This document shows, in pieces, positions 20,174 through 31,344 of a DNA stretch of 64,000 nt. The stretch comes from an uncultured Clostridium sp. Lineage in GTDB: Bacteria > Bacillota > Clostridia > TANB77 > CAG-508. Numbering within the stretch: the first letter of the stretch is position 1; every line of letters begins with the position of its first letter. The notes under the pieces are model-generated. The model was not told the DNA's origin. It saw nothing but the letters and a program-made list of their open reading frames with translations, and made no database searches. Both the position numbers and the translations under genes were made by a program. The stretch is taken from the NCBI GenBank assembly GCA_947575605.1, contig CANPNZ010000008.1:476-64475 (forward strand), read 5' to 3'.

Positions 20174-21364
20174 GTGAAAATATTAGTTTTAAATTCAGGA
20201 AGTTCATCCTTAAAATATCAAGTAATTGATATGGAAACCGAAAAAATGTTAGCCAAAGGATATTTTGAAAGAATTGGTCAACCAAATTCCTTTTTAACTC
20301 ATAAAGTAAAGGGAGAAGCTCATAAATTTGAGCATCCAGCCAAAAACCATGAAAAAGCAATTGCCTTTGTACTAAATAGATTAACCAATGAAAATTATGG
20401 AGTGATTAGCAGTTTAGAAGAATTAGGAGGAATTGGCCATAGGGTGGTACACGGTGGAGAAAAATTCAGTGATTCTGTTATCATAACAGATAAAGTCATA
20501 GAAGAAATTAAAAAATGTTCTGATTTAGCACCATTACATAATCCAGCTTGCATTTTAGGAATAGAAGCCTGTCAAAAAATAGTACCAAATATGAAGATGG
20601 TAGCTGTATTTGACACCGCATTTCATCAAACCATATCCAAAGAAAAGTACATTTACCCAATTCCCTATAAATACTATGAAAAATATGCCATTCGAAAATA
20701 TGGATTTCATGGAACATCCCATCAATATGTTTCTCATCGAGTAGCTGAGATTATGGGAAAAGATATCAAAGATTTAAAAATTGTAAATTGTCACTTAGGG
20801 CAAGGATGTAGTGTTTGTGCTATTAAAGATGGGAAATCAGTAGAAACCAGTATGGGGTTAACGCCTTTAGGTGGAATTCCTATGGGAACGAGAAGTGGAG
20901 ATTTAGATCCATCCATTCTTACGTATTTAATGCAAAAAGAAAATTTATCAGCAGATGATATGAACTTTATACTAAATAAAGAAGCAGGAGCCTATGGGAT
21001 AGCTGGTGTATCGGTTGATTTTAGAGATATCGAAAAAGAAGCCATGTCAGGGGGAAAACAAGCACAATTAGCATTAGATGTATATCACTATTTAACGGCT
21101 TGTTATGTAGCAAGATGTGCAGTGGCTATGGGCGGAATTGATGTTCTAACTTTTACAGCTGGTGTTGGCGAAAAAGGTCCTATTTCCAGAAAGGCAATTT
21201 GTGAACAATTAGAATTTTTGGGTGTTAAAATGGATGATGAAAAAAATAAAATAAGAGGAGAGGAAGCAGAACTTTCTACTTCTGATTCAAAAGTGAAAAT
21301 CTATACCATACCAACCAATGAAGAATTAATGATAGCAAGAGAAACCTTAAAATTAGTAAGATAA
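20174..21364 (+). CDS. ackA: Acetate kinase (copy 1, uninterrupted)
   Basis: [41 protein letters not shown]. Confidence 0.97.
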   Translation: MKILVLNSGSSSLKYQVIDMETEKMLAKGYFERIGQPNSFLTHKVKGEAHKFEHPAKNHEKAIAFVLNRLTNENYGVISSLEELGGIGHRVVHGGEKFSDSVIITDKVIEEIKKCSDLAPLHNPACILGIEACQKIVPNMKMVAVFDTAFHQTISKEKYIYPIPYKYYEKYAIRKYGFHGTSHQYVSHRVAEIMGKDIKDLKIVNCHLGQGCSVCAIKDGKSVETSMGLTPLGGIPMGTRSGDLDPSILTYLMQKENLSADDMNFILNKEAGAYGIAGVSVDFRDIEKEAMSGGKQAQLALDVYHYLTACYVARCAVAMGGIDVLTFTAGVGEKGPISRKAICEQLEFLGVKMDDEKNKIRGEEAELSTSDSKVKIYTIPTNEELMIARETLKLVR

Positions 21365-21404
21365 AAGTTGCCACTAGCAACCAATTAAGAAAGGAAGATT
21401 TTAA

Positions 21405-22596
21405 ATGAAAATATTAGTATTAAATTGTGGAAGCTCATCTTTAAAATACCAACTAATTGATATGGAGACAGAGGAAGTATTGGCTTCAGGTAAATATGAA
21501 AGAATAGGAGAAAAAGAAGCATTTATTACCCATAAAGCACAGGGACAAAAGAAGCAAATTGATCATCCAGCATACAACCATACAGAAGCTATTGAATTTG
21601 CATTAGAGCAATTAACGAATCCAGAATATAAAGTAATCGATCGTTTAGACGAAATTGAGGCAATTGGACATCGTTTAGTACATGGAGGAGAGAAAATTGC
21701 AGAATCCGTTGTGATTGATGATACCGTAGTAAACGTATTAAAAGAATGTACCGATTTAGCACCATTACATAATCCAGCCTGTATCTTAGGAATCGAAGCA
21801 TGCAAAAAGGTAATGCCAAACAAACCAATGGTAGGCGTATTTGACACTGCTTTCCATCAATCCATTCCAAAGCAAAGATATATTTATCCAATTCCTTATG
21901 AATATTACGAGAAATATGGCGTAAGAAAATATGGATTTCATGGAACCTCTCATATGTTTGTTTCTAAGAGATTAGCAGAAATAGAAAACAAACCAATCGA
22001 AGACATAAAAATGGTAACTTGCCATTTAGGACAAGGAGCTAGTATTTGTGCCATCGAAGGAGGAAAATCAGTTGACACCAGTATGGGATTAACACCACTT
22101 CGGAGGGATTCCAATGGTAACAAGATGTGGAGACTTAGATCCATCCATTCTTTTATATCTTATGAAAAAAGAAAAAATAACAGCAGACGAAATGGAAAAT
22201 ATTTTAAATAAACAATCAGGTGTGCAAGCAATTTCAGGATTAGTTCCAGACTTTAGAGAAATTGAAACAGCAGGGAATAACGGAGATGAGAGAGCAAAAA
22301 TTGCATTAGATAGCTTTCAATATGCCATAGCAAGTTATATTGCAAAATATGCAGTAGCTATGAATGGAATCGACTACCTTATATTTACTGGTGGTATTGG
22401 AGAAAATCAAATTAATATTCGAAAAGGTATTTGTGAACAATTAGAATTTATGGGAGTAGAAATAGATAGCGAAGCTAATAATGTAAGAAGTGAGGAAAAA
22501 GTAATTTCCAAACCAAGTTCTAAAGTCAAAATTTATGTCATTCCAACGAATGAAGAATTAATGATTGCCAAAGAAACACAACGATTAGTGAAATAA
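21405..22596 (+). CDS. ackA: Acetate kinase (copy 2); +1 shift at CGG 22101-22103
   Basis: SMGLTPL joined to [14 protein letters not shown], colinear with copy 1. Confidence 0.92.
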
Positions 22597-22661
22597 CCAT
22601 AACATCTGTTTTAAGGAAAATAGAAGATAATTAAGTTGGTATAGAAAGAGAGGAATCTATT

Positions 22662-22817
22662 ATGAAATTTGATTTTGATGAATTTAGTTTACAAGACGAA
22701 ATTAATTTGATGAATTTAAACCATCAAATGGAAAATCAACAAATCAATCTTAACGCTAGTTTTGGTTTTAATGATGATACTATCTATCATAAAATAGAAA
22801 ACAAAAATAGTAACTAA
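22662..22817 (+). CDS. Small 51-aa acidic/Asn-rich ORF
   Basis: AGAGGA RBS, MKFDFDEFSLQDEINL...; upstream of ABC exporter pair. Confidence 0.45.
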   Translation: MKFDFDEFSLQDEINLMNLNHQMENQQINLNASFGFNDDTIYHKIENKNSN

Positions 22818-22858
22818 AAAATAAATGATTCAATTAACAAACGAAAAGGATGTAATTT

Positions 22859-24601
22859 ATGAAAAAGGTTATAATAGATACATTAAAAGGATACAAATGG
22901 AAAATATTACTACAATTGTTATTGCTAGCAGTTAACATTTATTTATTAACATGTCCTGCTAAAATTATAGGAAATATTATCGATCAATTATATGATATGG
23001 AAGCTAATAAACAAGCTATTTTAGTAAGTACCTATTACTTATTAGGAATTTGTGTGCTTTATTTGTTGGTAAGACTAGGATGGAAATATTATGAAACCTA
23101 TATCAGTAGAGGTTTTGAAAGAGACATTAAAATTAAATTATTTGAACGATTTATGAAATTAAAAGTAAAAGAAATTCAAAAAATAAAAAATGGAGAAATT
23201 ATGTCTTATTTCGTAAAAGATACTAACGAAATAAGAAGTGCTGTGTATAGAATTTTATCACATGGATCTAGAATTGTCTTTACTTTTATGATTGCTACCT
23301 TTCAAATGGCACAAGGCGTGAATTTATATTTGACAATGGCTACGCTATGTCCTATTATCATTGCTTCTTTTTTAGTCGTAAAAATCAAGAAATATGTGGA
23401 AATTAATTTTAAAAAAGCGCAAGATAAATTTACAGAATTGTCAGAATATATACAAGAAAGTACAGATAGTATTCGAACGACCAAAGCTTATTCCTGTGAA
23501 GGAAGCCAGTTAAAGAACTTTATCTTAAAGAATAGACAAGTTAGACAAAGTGATAATGCCGTAGATGTATTTTCTAATTTATTGACAGCTAGTATTGATA
23601 TTTGTTTTGGACTTTGTTATGCTATTGCTTTTATTTATGGTTCCCATTTAGTTTTAGAAGGAACCATCACGGTAGGAGAATTAGTAACTTTTAATGGTTA
23701 TATTGCTTTATTTGTAAACCCAGTTAATTGGATTCCAACTTTAATATCCAGATTTAAAAGAGCACAGATTTCCTATCAGAGATTAGATAAAGTGTATGCC
23801 TTAGAGAAAGAAAAAATAACGGTAGAGAAAAGTAAATTAAAGGAAAAATTAGAAGGAAATATTGTTATTCAAGATTTGAATTTTAATTATCCAGGAATGT
23901 TAGAAAAAGCATTAGAGAATATAAATATAGAGATAAAAAAAGGAGAAACGCTAGGAATTATAGGAACCATTGGAAGTGGAAAGACAACACTGATGAATTT
24001 ACTTACCAAACTGTATAATATTCCAAATGGAAAAATTAAGATAGATGGTAAAGATATTAATGATATTGATATTGAAACCTTAAGAGAAAACATTTGTTAT
24101 ATTACACAAGATAATTTTCTATTTTCTTCTACTTTAAAAGATAATATTAGTCTATTTAAAGAAGAATACGAAGAAGAAGAAATTAAGGAAAGTACGAAAA
24201 AAGCAGTTATTTATGATGAGATCAAACAAATGCCAGATGGCATCAAAACCACAATAGGGGAAAGAGGTTCTGATTTATCTGGTGGACAAAAACAAAGAGT
24301 GGTTATTTCAAGAGCCTTTCTAAAAAATAGTAGTATTATTATTTTTGATGATACTTTTTCAGCATTGGATAATAGAACTTCTCAAACTTTGTTAGAAAAT
24401 ATTAAAGAATTAACAGAAGATAGAACTTGTATTATTATTTCTAATAAAATATCAGATGTCAAACAAAGTGATAAGATTATTGTTTTAGATAATGGAAATA
24501 TAGTAGAACAAGGAGTTCATGACGAATTAATACAAAAACAAGGAATTTACTATGAATTTTTTGAACAACAATCTACGAAAGCAGAAGCTAGCTTTTTTTA
24601 A
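22859..24601 (+). CDS. ABC exporter ATP-binding/permease subunit
   Basis: Six TM helices, GTIGSGKT, LSGGQKQR, IIIFDD. Confidence 0.92.
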   Translation: MKKVIIDTLKGYKWKILLQLLLLAVNIYLLTCPAKIIGNIIDQLYDMEANKQAILVSTYYLLGICVLYLLVRLGWKYYETYISRGFERDIKIKLFERFMKLKVKEIQKIKNGEIMSYFVKDTNEIRSAVYRILSHGSRIVFTFMIATFQMAQGVNLYLTMATLCPIIIASFLVVKIKKYVEINFKKAQDKFTELSEYIQESTDSIRTTKAYSCEGSQLKNFILKNRQVRQSDNAVDVFSNLLTASIDICFGLCYAIAFIYGSHLVLEGTITVGELVTFNGYIALFVNPVNWIPTLISRFKRAQISYQRLDKVYALEKEKITVEKSKLKEKLEGNIVIQDLNFNYPGMLEKALENINIEIKKGETLGIIGTIGSGKTTLMNLLTKLYNIPNGKIKIDGKDINDIDIETLRENICYITQDNFLFSSTLKDNISLFKEEYEEEEIKESTKKAVIYDEIKQMPDGIKTTIGERGSDLSGGQKQRVVISRAFLKNSSIIIFDDTFSALDNRTSQTLLENIKELTEDRTCIIISNKISDVKQSDKIIVLDNGNIVEQGVHDELIQKQGIYYEFFEQQSTKAEASFF

Positions 24602-24626
24602 GTACTAGGAAAGAAAGGGAAAACAG

Positions 24627-26375
24627 ATGAAAAATAAAACTTGGCAAAGAATGTATAAGATGCTAAAGCCACAAGTAAAAGCCATAGCGATTATATCTTT
24701 TTTAGCAATTCTAATTAATATTGGGGAAGTCGTAAAGCCATACTTAATTAAAATAGTAATTGATGACTATTTAAGTGCTAACGTATATCAACAAGGAATT
24801 ATGACAATTGGCATGATTGGTGCTATTTATATTGGAATTGTCATAGTTGGTAACATTTTAAATTTTATTGTTACAACAGCCACGAGTATGATGGGAGAAA
24901 ATGTTATTTATTCCATTCGAAATAAGTTATACAAATATGCTCAATATGCCAATATTCCTTTTCATGATAAAACACCAGCAGGAACACTTTTTGTCAGAAT
25001 AACAAGTGATGTAGAAGATATTACTACCTTATTTAAAGAAGTTATTACAACTTTTATTAAAGACATACTTATGATAATAGCTTTTGTTGTTATGATGCTA
25101 TCTTTAGATTACAAATTAGCACTTTTATCATTTATCGTGATTCCTTTTGTTATTCTAACATCACTGATTATTACAAAAATTAGTAATAAATTGCAAGAAT
25201 ATTCCAAAAAAGTAAAAACAAAATTAAACATCTTTTTAGCAGAATCGATCTATGGTGTGAAATTAATTAAAATTTTTAATCGACAATATGAAAAACAAAA
25301 AGAATGTGATAAATTATGTACCGCTTTTTGGAAATCCAGAATTCCAACAGGAATAACGGAAGCTTTATTAGTTGCCATTATGATGATATTAGAAAATGTA
25401 GGAATAACGATTATTGTTTGGGCTACGCTAAATCATTTAGTAGGAACATCGATTGATGTAGGCTTAATTTATGTATTTGTTACCTATATTAAACAAATAT
25501 TTAATCCTATTAATCGTCTCGTGGAAAATTTTGAAACCATACAAGAAGCTCTTGTTTCGATTGATAAGATATATGAAATATTAGAACATAAAGAATATTT
25601 GGAAGACTTTGAAAAAGGAACTGTATTAGAAGAAGTAGAAGGAAAAATAGAATTTAAGAATGTATGGTTTGCGTATGAAGGAGAAAATTGGATTCTAAAA
25701 AATGTTAGCTTTACCATTGAACCAGGACAAAGTATCGCTTTCGTAGGAAAAACAGGTTCAGGAAAAACAACCATTACGAATTTAATCAATCGTTTTTATG
25801 AAATACAAAAAGGCGAAATATTATTAGATGGTATTAATATAAAAGAAATTAACTTACGTTCTTTAAGAGAAAAAATTGGGATTATTTTACAAGATCCATT
25901 TGTATTTGCCAGAAGCATTAAAGATAATATTCAATTAAATAAGAATTTTTCAGATGAATATATTAGGAATACGATACAATTGGCTTCAGCTGAAGAATTT
26001 ATTGATGGTTTACCAAATGGAATCGATGAGATTTCACAAGAAAGAGGAAATTCTTATTCTTCTGGACAAAAACAATTGTTAGCATTTGCTAGAATATTTG
26101 CTCATAATCCTTCTATCTTTATTTTGGATGAAGCAACAGCCAATATTGATACCAAAACGGAAGAGCTAATTCAAAAGTCAGTCGATAAGATTTCGAAAGA
26201 AAAGACTTCTATTTTCATTGCTCATAGATTGTCTACCATTGTAAATGTGGATAAAATTATTGTATTAAATCAGGGCGAAATTATGGAAGAAGGAAGTCAT
26301 AATGAATTGGTAAATCGACCAGATGGCTATTATAGCAAGTTGTATCATGCTTATTATAGTGGGTTGGTAGAATAA
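24627..26375 (+). CDS. ABC exporter ATP-binding/permease subunit (heterodimer partner)
   Basis: GKTGSGKT, SSGQKQL, ILDEATA, IAHRLST. Confidence 0.92.
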   Translation: MKNKTWQRMYKMLKPQVKAIAIISFLAILINIGEVVKPYLIKIVIDDYLSANVYQQGIMTIGMIGAIYIGIVIVGNILNFIVTTATSMMGENVIYSIRNKLYKYAQYANIPFHDKTPAGTLFVRITSDVEDITTLFKEVITTFIKDILMIIAFVVMMLSLDYKLALLSFIVIPFVILTSLIITKISNKLQEYSKKVKTKLNIFLAESIYGVKLIKIFNRQYEKQKECDKLCTAFWKSRIPTGITEALLVAIMMILENVGITIIVWATLNHLVGTSIDVGLIYVFVTYIKQIFNPINRLVENFETIQEALVSIDKIYEILEHKEYLEDFEKGTVLEEVEGKIEFKNVWFAYEGENWILKNVSFTIEPGQSIAFVGKTGSGKTTITNLINRFYEIQKGEILLDGINIKEINLRSLREKIGIILQDPFVFARSIKDNIQLNKNFSDEYIRNTIQLASAEEFIDGLPNGIDEISQERGNSYSSGQKQLLAFARIFAHNPSIFILDEATANIDTKTEELIQKSVDKISKEKTSIFIAHRLSTIVNVDKIIVLNQGEIMEEGSHNELVNRPDGYYSKLYHAYYSGLVE

Positions 26376-26388
26376 TGAATGAAGAAGT

Positions 26389-26450
26389 GTTAGAATTCAT
26401 AGTTAAAATAAATTTTGTATATAAAAGTAAGTTTAGCTGTAAGTTGTAAC
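26389..26450. mobile_element. Short MITE-like repeat copy (TIR GTTACAATTCACAG family), degenerate
   Basis: GTTAGAATTCATAG...ATAAATTTTGTAT...CTGTAAGTTGTAAC. Confidence 0.6.
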
Positions 26451-26591
26451 GAAGCAGTAAAAAATTTAAAATTTTTACTGTTTTTTCTTGACAAATTATG
26501 GAACATATGATTAAATATTACCCAACAACACAAAACAAGTAAAATTTTACATATTAATTCGAAAAAAGTGTTGTATAATTAAAAAAGAAAG

Positions 26592-27203
26592 GTGGTGATA
26601 AGTATGGAAGATGCTATGGCAAATGTAATACTAACAGAACTTCGAGAGTTTAGAACAGAAAATAACAAAAGATGGGAAGAAAATGATAAGCGCTGGGAAG
26701 AAAATGACAGACGTTGGGAAGAAAACAATAGACGTTGGGAGCAAAACGATAAGGAATTACAAAAAATAAACGAAAGAATAGATGATACAAACAAAAGAAT
26801 AGATAATGTAAACGACAGCATAAATAAAAAAATAGATGAAGTGGATGATAGACTAAATGAAAAAATAGATGAAGTGAATGACAGCATAAATGAAAAAATG
26901 GACAAAATGAATGACAGAATTGTTAATTTAGAAGAAGGACGAAAAAAAGATAGAAGAGATATCTTAGTTGTATTAGATACAATGGAAAAAAGCATTAGTA
27001 ATCAATTTGCAGAAATGAAAGAATATTTTGATGCTAAATTTGACAAAGTTTATTCAATACAAAGATTTGCAGATATTGAAAATGAAGAATTTAAAAAATT
27101 ATTTTGTGCCCATGAAAAAAGACTTAATTTTTATCATGCAAGATTAAACTATTTAGAAGAATGGAAGCAACAATTTGATATGGGAGAATATACAGCTGTA
27201 TAA
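26592..27203 (+). CDS. Coiled-coil protein with 7-aa and 11-aa tandem repeats
   Basis: (EN(N/D)(K/R)RWE)x4 and (IDEVNDSINEK)-like repeats. Confidence 0.75.
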   Translation: MVISMEDAMANVILTELREFRTENNKRWEENDKRWEENDRRWEENNRRWEQNDKELQKINERIDDTNKRIDNVNDSINKKIDEVDDRLNEKIDEVNDSINEKMDKMNDRIVNLEEGRKKDRRDILVVLDTMEKSISNQFAEMKEYFDAKFDKVYSIQRFADIENEEFKKLFCAHEKRLNFYHARLNYLEEWKQQFDMGEYTAV

Positions 27204-27379
27204 ATAGTTAAAATAAAAAGAAGTAGTAAATGGAATAATAGAGATAGAAATAAAAAGAAGTAATAAATAAGATAATATAGATACAAACACAAAACTTACC
27301 TAACAAAAGTCGAAACTTGAATGATAAAAAAGTGTTGCAAAAATGAATAAATGTGATATAATATAGTACAATAGAAGAG

Positions 27380-27642
27380 ATAAAAACAGTAACAAGGACG
27401 CGATAGATAATGGAATAACTTATAAGAGAGCCAAAGGAAGCTGAGAATTTGGTAAGTAAAAATTATTTATTATCACCTAGTTTGTTGTTAAACTGAAGAA
27501 ACAAAGTAAGTTTAATCGTATACCTGCGTTAAAGGTAAATTAAGTGAGCGATTGTATAATTCATATATATTTGCTAAAATAGGTGGTACCGCGGAAGGTA
27601 GAAAACTTTTCGTCCTAATTATTTAGGATGAAAAGTTTTTTT
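27380..27642 (+). promoter_or_regulatory. T-box riboswitch (probably Ile)
   Basis: AGAGAG..GCTGAGA stem I motifs, candidate ATC specifier near 27472, T-box AGGTGGTACCGCGG at about 27581, terminator AAAACTTTTCGTCCTAA/TTAGGATGAAAAGTTTT; upstream of ileS. Confidence 0.9.
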
Positions 27643-27742
27643 GTAGTAAAGATATTCAATTTGATTTTTATGAAAATAGATATTTTTATATTGATTCTAA
27701 AAATCAAAAAAGATATATAAAAGAAGAAAAGGAGGAAAACAA

Positions 27743-27988
27743 ATGAGAGAATTAAAAATTCATAGAGTGTATAGACACTTTAAAGGAGATTATTATTTAG
27801 TAGAGGACATAGCCTATCATAGTGAAACCAAAGAAAAAATGGTAGTTTATAGACATTTATATGGAGATGGTTCCTTATGTGTTCGTCCATTAGATATGTT
27901 TTTAGAAGAAGTAGACCATGAAAAATATCCAAATGTACAACAAAAATACAGATTTGAATTACAAGAAATTGAAAGCAAAAACAAATAA
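27743..27988 (+). CDS. DUF1653 family protein
   Basis: YRHFKG..Y, HSET.E.MVVYR.LY, VRP..MF. Confidence 0.9.
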   Translation: MRELKIHRVYRHFKGDYYLVEDIAYHSETKEKMVVYRHLYGDGSLCVRPLDMFLEEVDHEKYPNVQQKYRFELQEIESKNK

Positions 27989-28012
27989 ATGATAAAGAGG
28001 AGGAATGAAAAA

Positions 28013-31000
28013 ATGTACAAAAAAGTAGAATTAAAAAATGGTTTTGTAGGAATGGAGAAAGAAGTAGCCAAAACATGGAAAGAAAAAGATATAATCAAAA
28101 AGAACTTTGCCATGAATGAAGGAAAGAAATACTTCACCTTTTATGATGGACCACCTACTGCCAATGGAAAACCACATGTAGGTCATATTGAAACAAGAGT
28201 AATGAAAGACATTATTCCAAGATACAAAGTTATGAAAGGTTATAAAGTAATTCGTAAAGCAGGTTGGGATACACATGGATTACCTGTTGAACTAGAAATT
28301 GAAAAGAAGCTAGGAATTTCAGGAAAAGAACAAATCGAAGAATATGGTGTAGAAAAATTTGTAAAACAATGTAAAGAGAGTGTATTTACTTATGTTTCTA
28401 TGTGGGAAGAAATGACTAACAAAGTAGGATTTTGGGTAGATATGGAAAATCCTTATGTTACCTATCATAACAAATACATTGAATCTGTATGGTGGGCTTT
28501 AAAACAAATGTGGGAAAAAGGACTATTATATGAAGGACATAAAGTTATGCCATATTGTCCAAGATGTGGAACAGCCTTATCTTCTCATGAAGTAGCACAA
28601 GGTTATAAAGATGTAAAAGACTTAACTTGTGTGGCTAAATTTAAAGTAGTAGAAGAAGATAAATATATTTTAGCATGGACAACAACACCATGGACGCTAC
28701 CATCTAATTTAGCACTTTGTGTAAATAAATCTTATGAATATGTAGAAGTAAAAGCCAATATAGGAACAGATGACGAACCACAGTATGAAACTTATATTTT
28801 GGCAAAAGACTTACTAGATAAAGTATTAAAAGAAACACCTTATGAAATAGTCAGAACCTTTAAAGGAGAAGAATTATTAGGAACAAAATATGAAAGATTA
28901 ATGCCATTTGGGGAGGTTAATCGGAAAAGCATTTGAGGTCATTCATGGTGATTACGTTAACTTGGAAGATGGTACAGGAATTGTTCATATTGCACCTGCT
29001 TATGGGGAAGACGATAGTTTTGTTGCCAAACAAAATGGAATCACTTTTATCAATTTAGTCGATAAAGCGGGGAAATTTGAAAAAGAAGTAGAACCATGGA
29101 CAGGGAGATTTGTAAGAGATTGCAACGAAGATATTTGTAAATGGTTAAAAGAACAAAATAAATTATTTAGCAAAGAAAAACATCTACACTCTTATCCACA
29201 CTGTTGGAGATGTGACACACCACTTCTTTATTATCCAAAAGAAAGTTGGTTTGTTGCTATGAGTAAGCTAAGAGATGAATTAGTAGCCAACAACAACAAA
29301 GTAAATTGGTATCCAGATACCATTCGAACAGGAAGATTTGGAAAATTCTTAGAAAATGTAATTGATTGGGGAATTTCAAGAGACAGATATTGGGGAACTC
29401 CACTACCAGTATGGACATGCGAAGACGAAAATTGCCGTCATCAAGAGTGTATTGGTTCTATTGAAGAATTGAAGGAAAAAGGAATTGATGTACCAGAAGA
29501 TATTGAATTACACAAACCATATATTGACAATGTAGATTTAAAATGTTCAAAATGTGGTAAGAAAATGTACCGTGCAAAAGAAGTAATTGATTGTTGGTTC
29601 GATTCTGGATCTATGCCTTTTGCTCAATGGCATTATCCTTTTGAAAACAAAGAAATGTTTGACAATAATTTCCCAGCTGGCTTTATTTCAGAGGCAGTAG
29701 ATCAAACAAGAGGATGGTTCTATACCTTAACAGCAATTGGAACCGCATTATTTGGAAGAACACCATTTGAAAATTGTATTGTACTAGGTCATGTACTAGA
29801 CGAAAAAGGACAAAAAATGTCCAAATCAAAAGGAAATGGCGTAGACCCAATGGAATTATTAGATACGGTTGGGGCAGATGCTACTCGTTGGCATTTCTAC
29901 ACAGTAAGTGCACCTTGGCTTCCAACTAGATTGGGATTGAACAATGTGCAAGAAACCCAAAGGGGATTTTTAAGTACATTATGGAATGTATATTCATTCT
30001 ATGTGTTGTATGCAGAAATTGACCAATTCAATCCCTTAAATTATAAAGACTTTAATCCAACTAATATTATGGATAAATGGATTCTTTCAAAATTGAATAC
30101 ATTGGTAAAAGAAGTAGATGAAAAATTAGAACAGTATGATATTACCAATGCCGCTTTACGAATAGAAGCTTTTACGGATGAGCTTTCTAACTGGTATGTA
30201 CGTAGAAATAGAGAAAGATTTTGGTTGACAGAGTTAAACGATGAAAAAATAGGAGCTTATTGTACCTTATATCGTGTATTAACTACTTTAGTAACAATAG
30301 CAGCACCATTTGTACCATTTATGGCAGATGAAATCTACCAAAATTTAGTAGTGGGATTGGATAAAAACGCACCAGAAAGTGTACATTTATGCTTGTGGCC
30401 AGAAGTAACTGAAACAGAAATTGACAAAAACTTAGAAACAGAAATGGATTTAGCTTATAAAATTGTAAAACTTGGACGCGGAGCAAGAAATGTAGCTAAC
30501 ATTAAAAACAGACAACCACTTTCCAAAATGCTAATTTCAATCGATACGTTACCAAAATATTATGCTGATATTGTAAAAGAGGAATTAAATGTAAAAGAAA
30601 TTGACTTAGGAGCTGAAATGTCTGACTATGTTAATTTTGAAATTAAACCAAATTTACCAGTATTAGGAAAAGAATATGGAAAACTAATTCCAAAAATCAA
30701 ACAAGAAATTGCCAATAAAAATCAAATGGATTTAGCAAATATAGTAAAAAATGGCGGAATCGAATATATTGAAATTGATGATACACAAATTGGTTTAAAT
30801 GCAGAAAATTTATTAGTAACGATGCAAGGAAAAGATGGATTTGCTTTTAGTGGTGAAGGTGAAATTGGTGTTGTACTAGATACTCATATTTCAGAAGAAT
30901 TAAAAGAAGAAGGGTATATAAGAGAAGTTTTATCCAAAGTTCAAAATATGAGAAAAGAAAAAGGATTTGAAGTATTGGATCATATTAATCTTTATGTGGC

Positions 31001-31160
31001 TGAAAATAGTATGCTAGAAGAGATAATTAAAAAGAATGAAGAATTGATTAAACATGATACCCTAGCTGTTAATGTGATTTATCATGAAAATAGAAATTCT
31101 TATACAGAAACGAATATTAATGGCGAAAGCTTAAAGATAGATGTTGAAGTTGTTTCATAA
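28013..31160 (+). CDS. ileS: Isoleucine--tRNA ligase (type 2); +1 shift at CGG 28922-28924
   Basis: [13 protein letters not shown] and WTTTPWT in the first frame; [22 protein letters not shown] in the +1 frame. Confidence 0.95.
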
Positions 31161-31211
31161 AAATAAAGAAGATTGTCAAAAGAAAAAATTTTTGGCAATC
31201 TTCTTTATTTT
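31161..31211 (+). terminator. Intrinsic terminator after ileS
   Basis: AAATAAAGAAGATTGTCAAAA/TTTTGGCAATCTTCTTTATTT. Confidence 0.75.
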
Positions 31212-31344
31212 ACACGTTTTTTGACTAAAATCACTTGACAGTTTACAATAATAAAGATAAAATAGAATAGGAAGGAAAAAATATATGATAAAAAACTAAT
31301 ATATATTTTATTCGAACATTGAAAATTAAATAAGAAAGAGGTGT

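Noticed and set aside
26655-26750. CRISPR array
   Set aside because: The repeats are contiguous, in-frame coding heptads without spacers; no cas genes are present.
28908-28924. prfB-like Shine-Dalgarno-stimulated slippage as the general mechanism
   Set aside because: SD-like sequences precede only some sites at variable spacing, and most P-site codons could not re-pair in the +1 frame.
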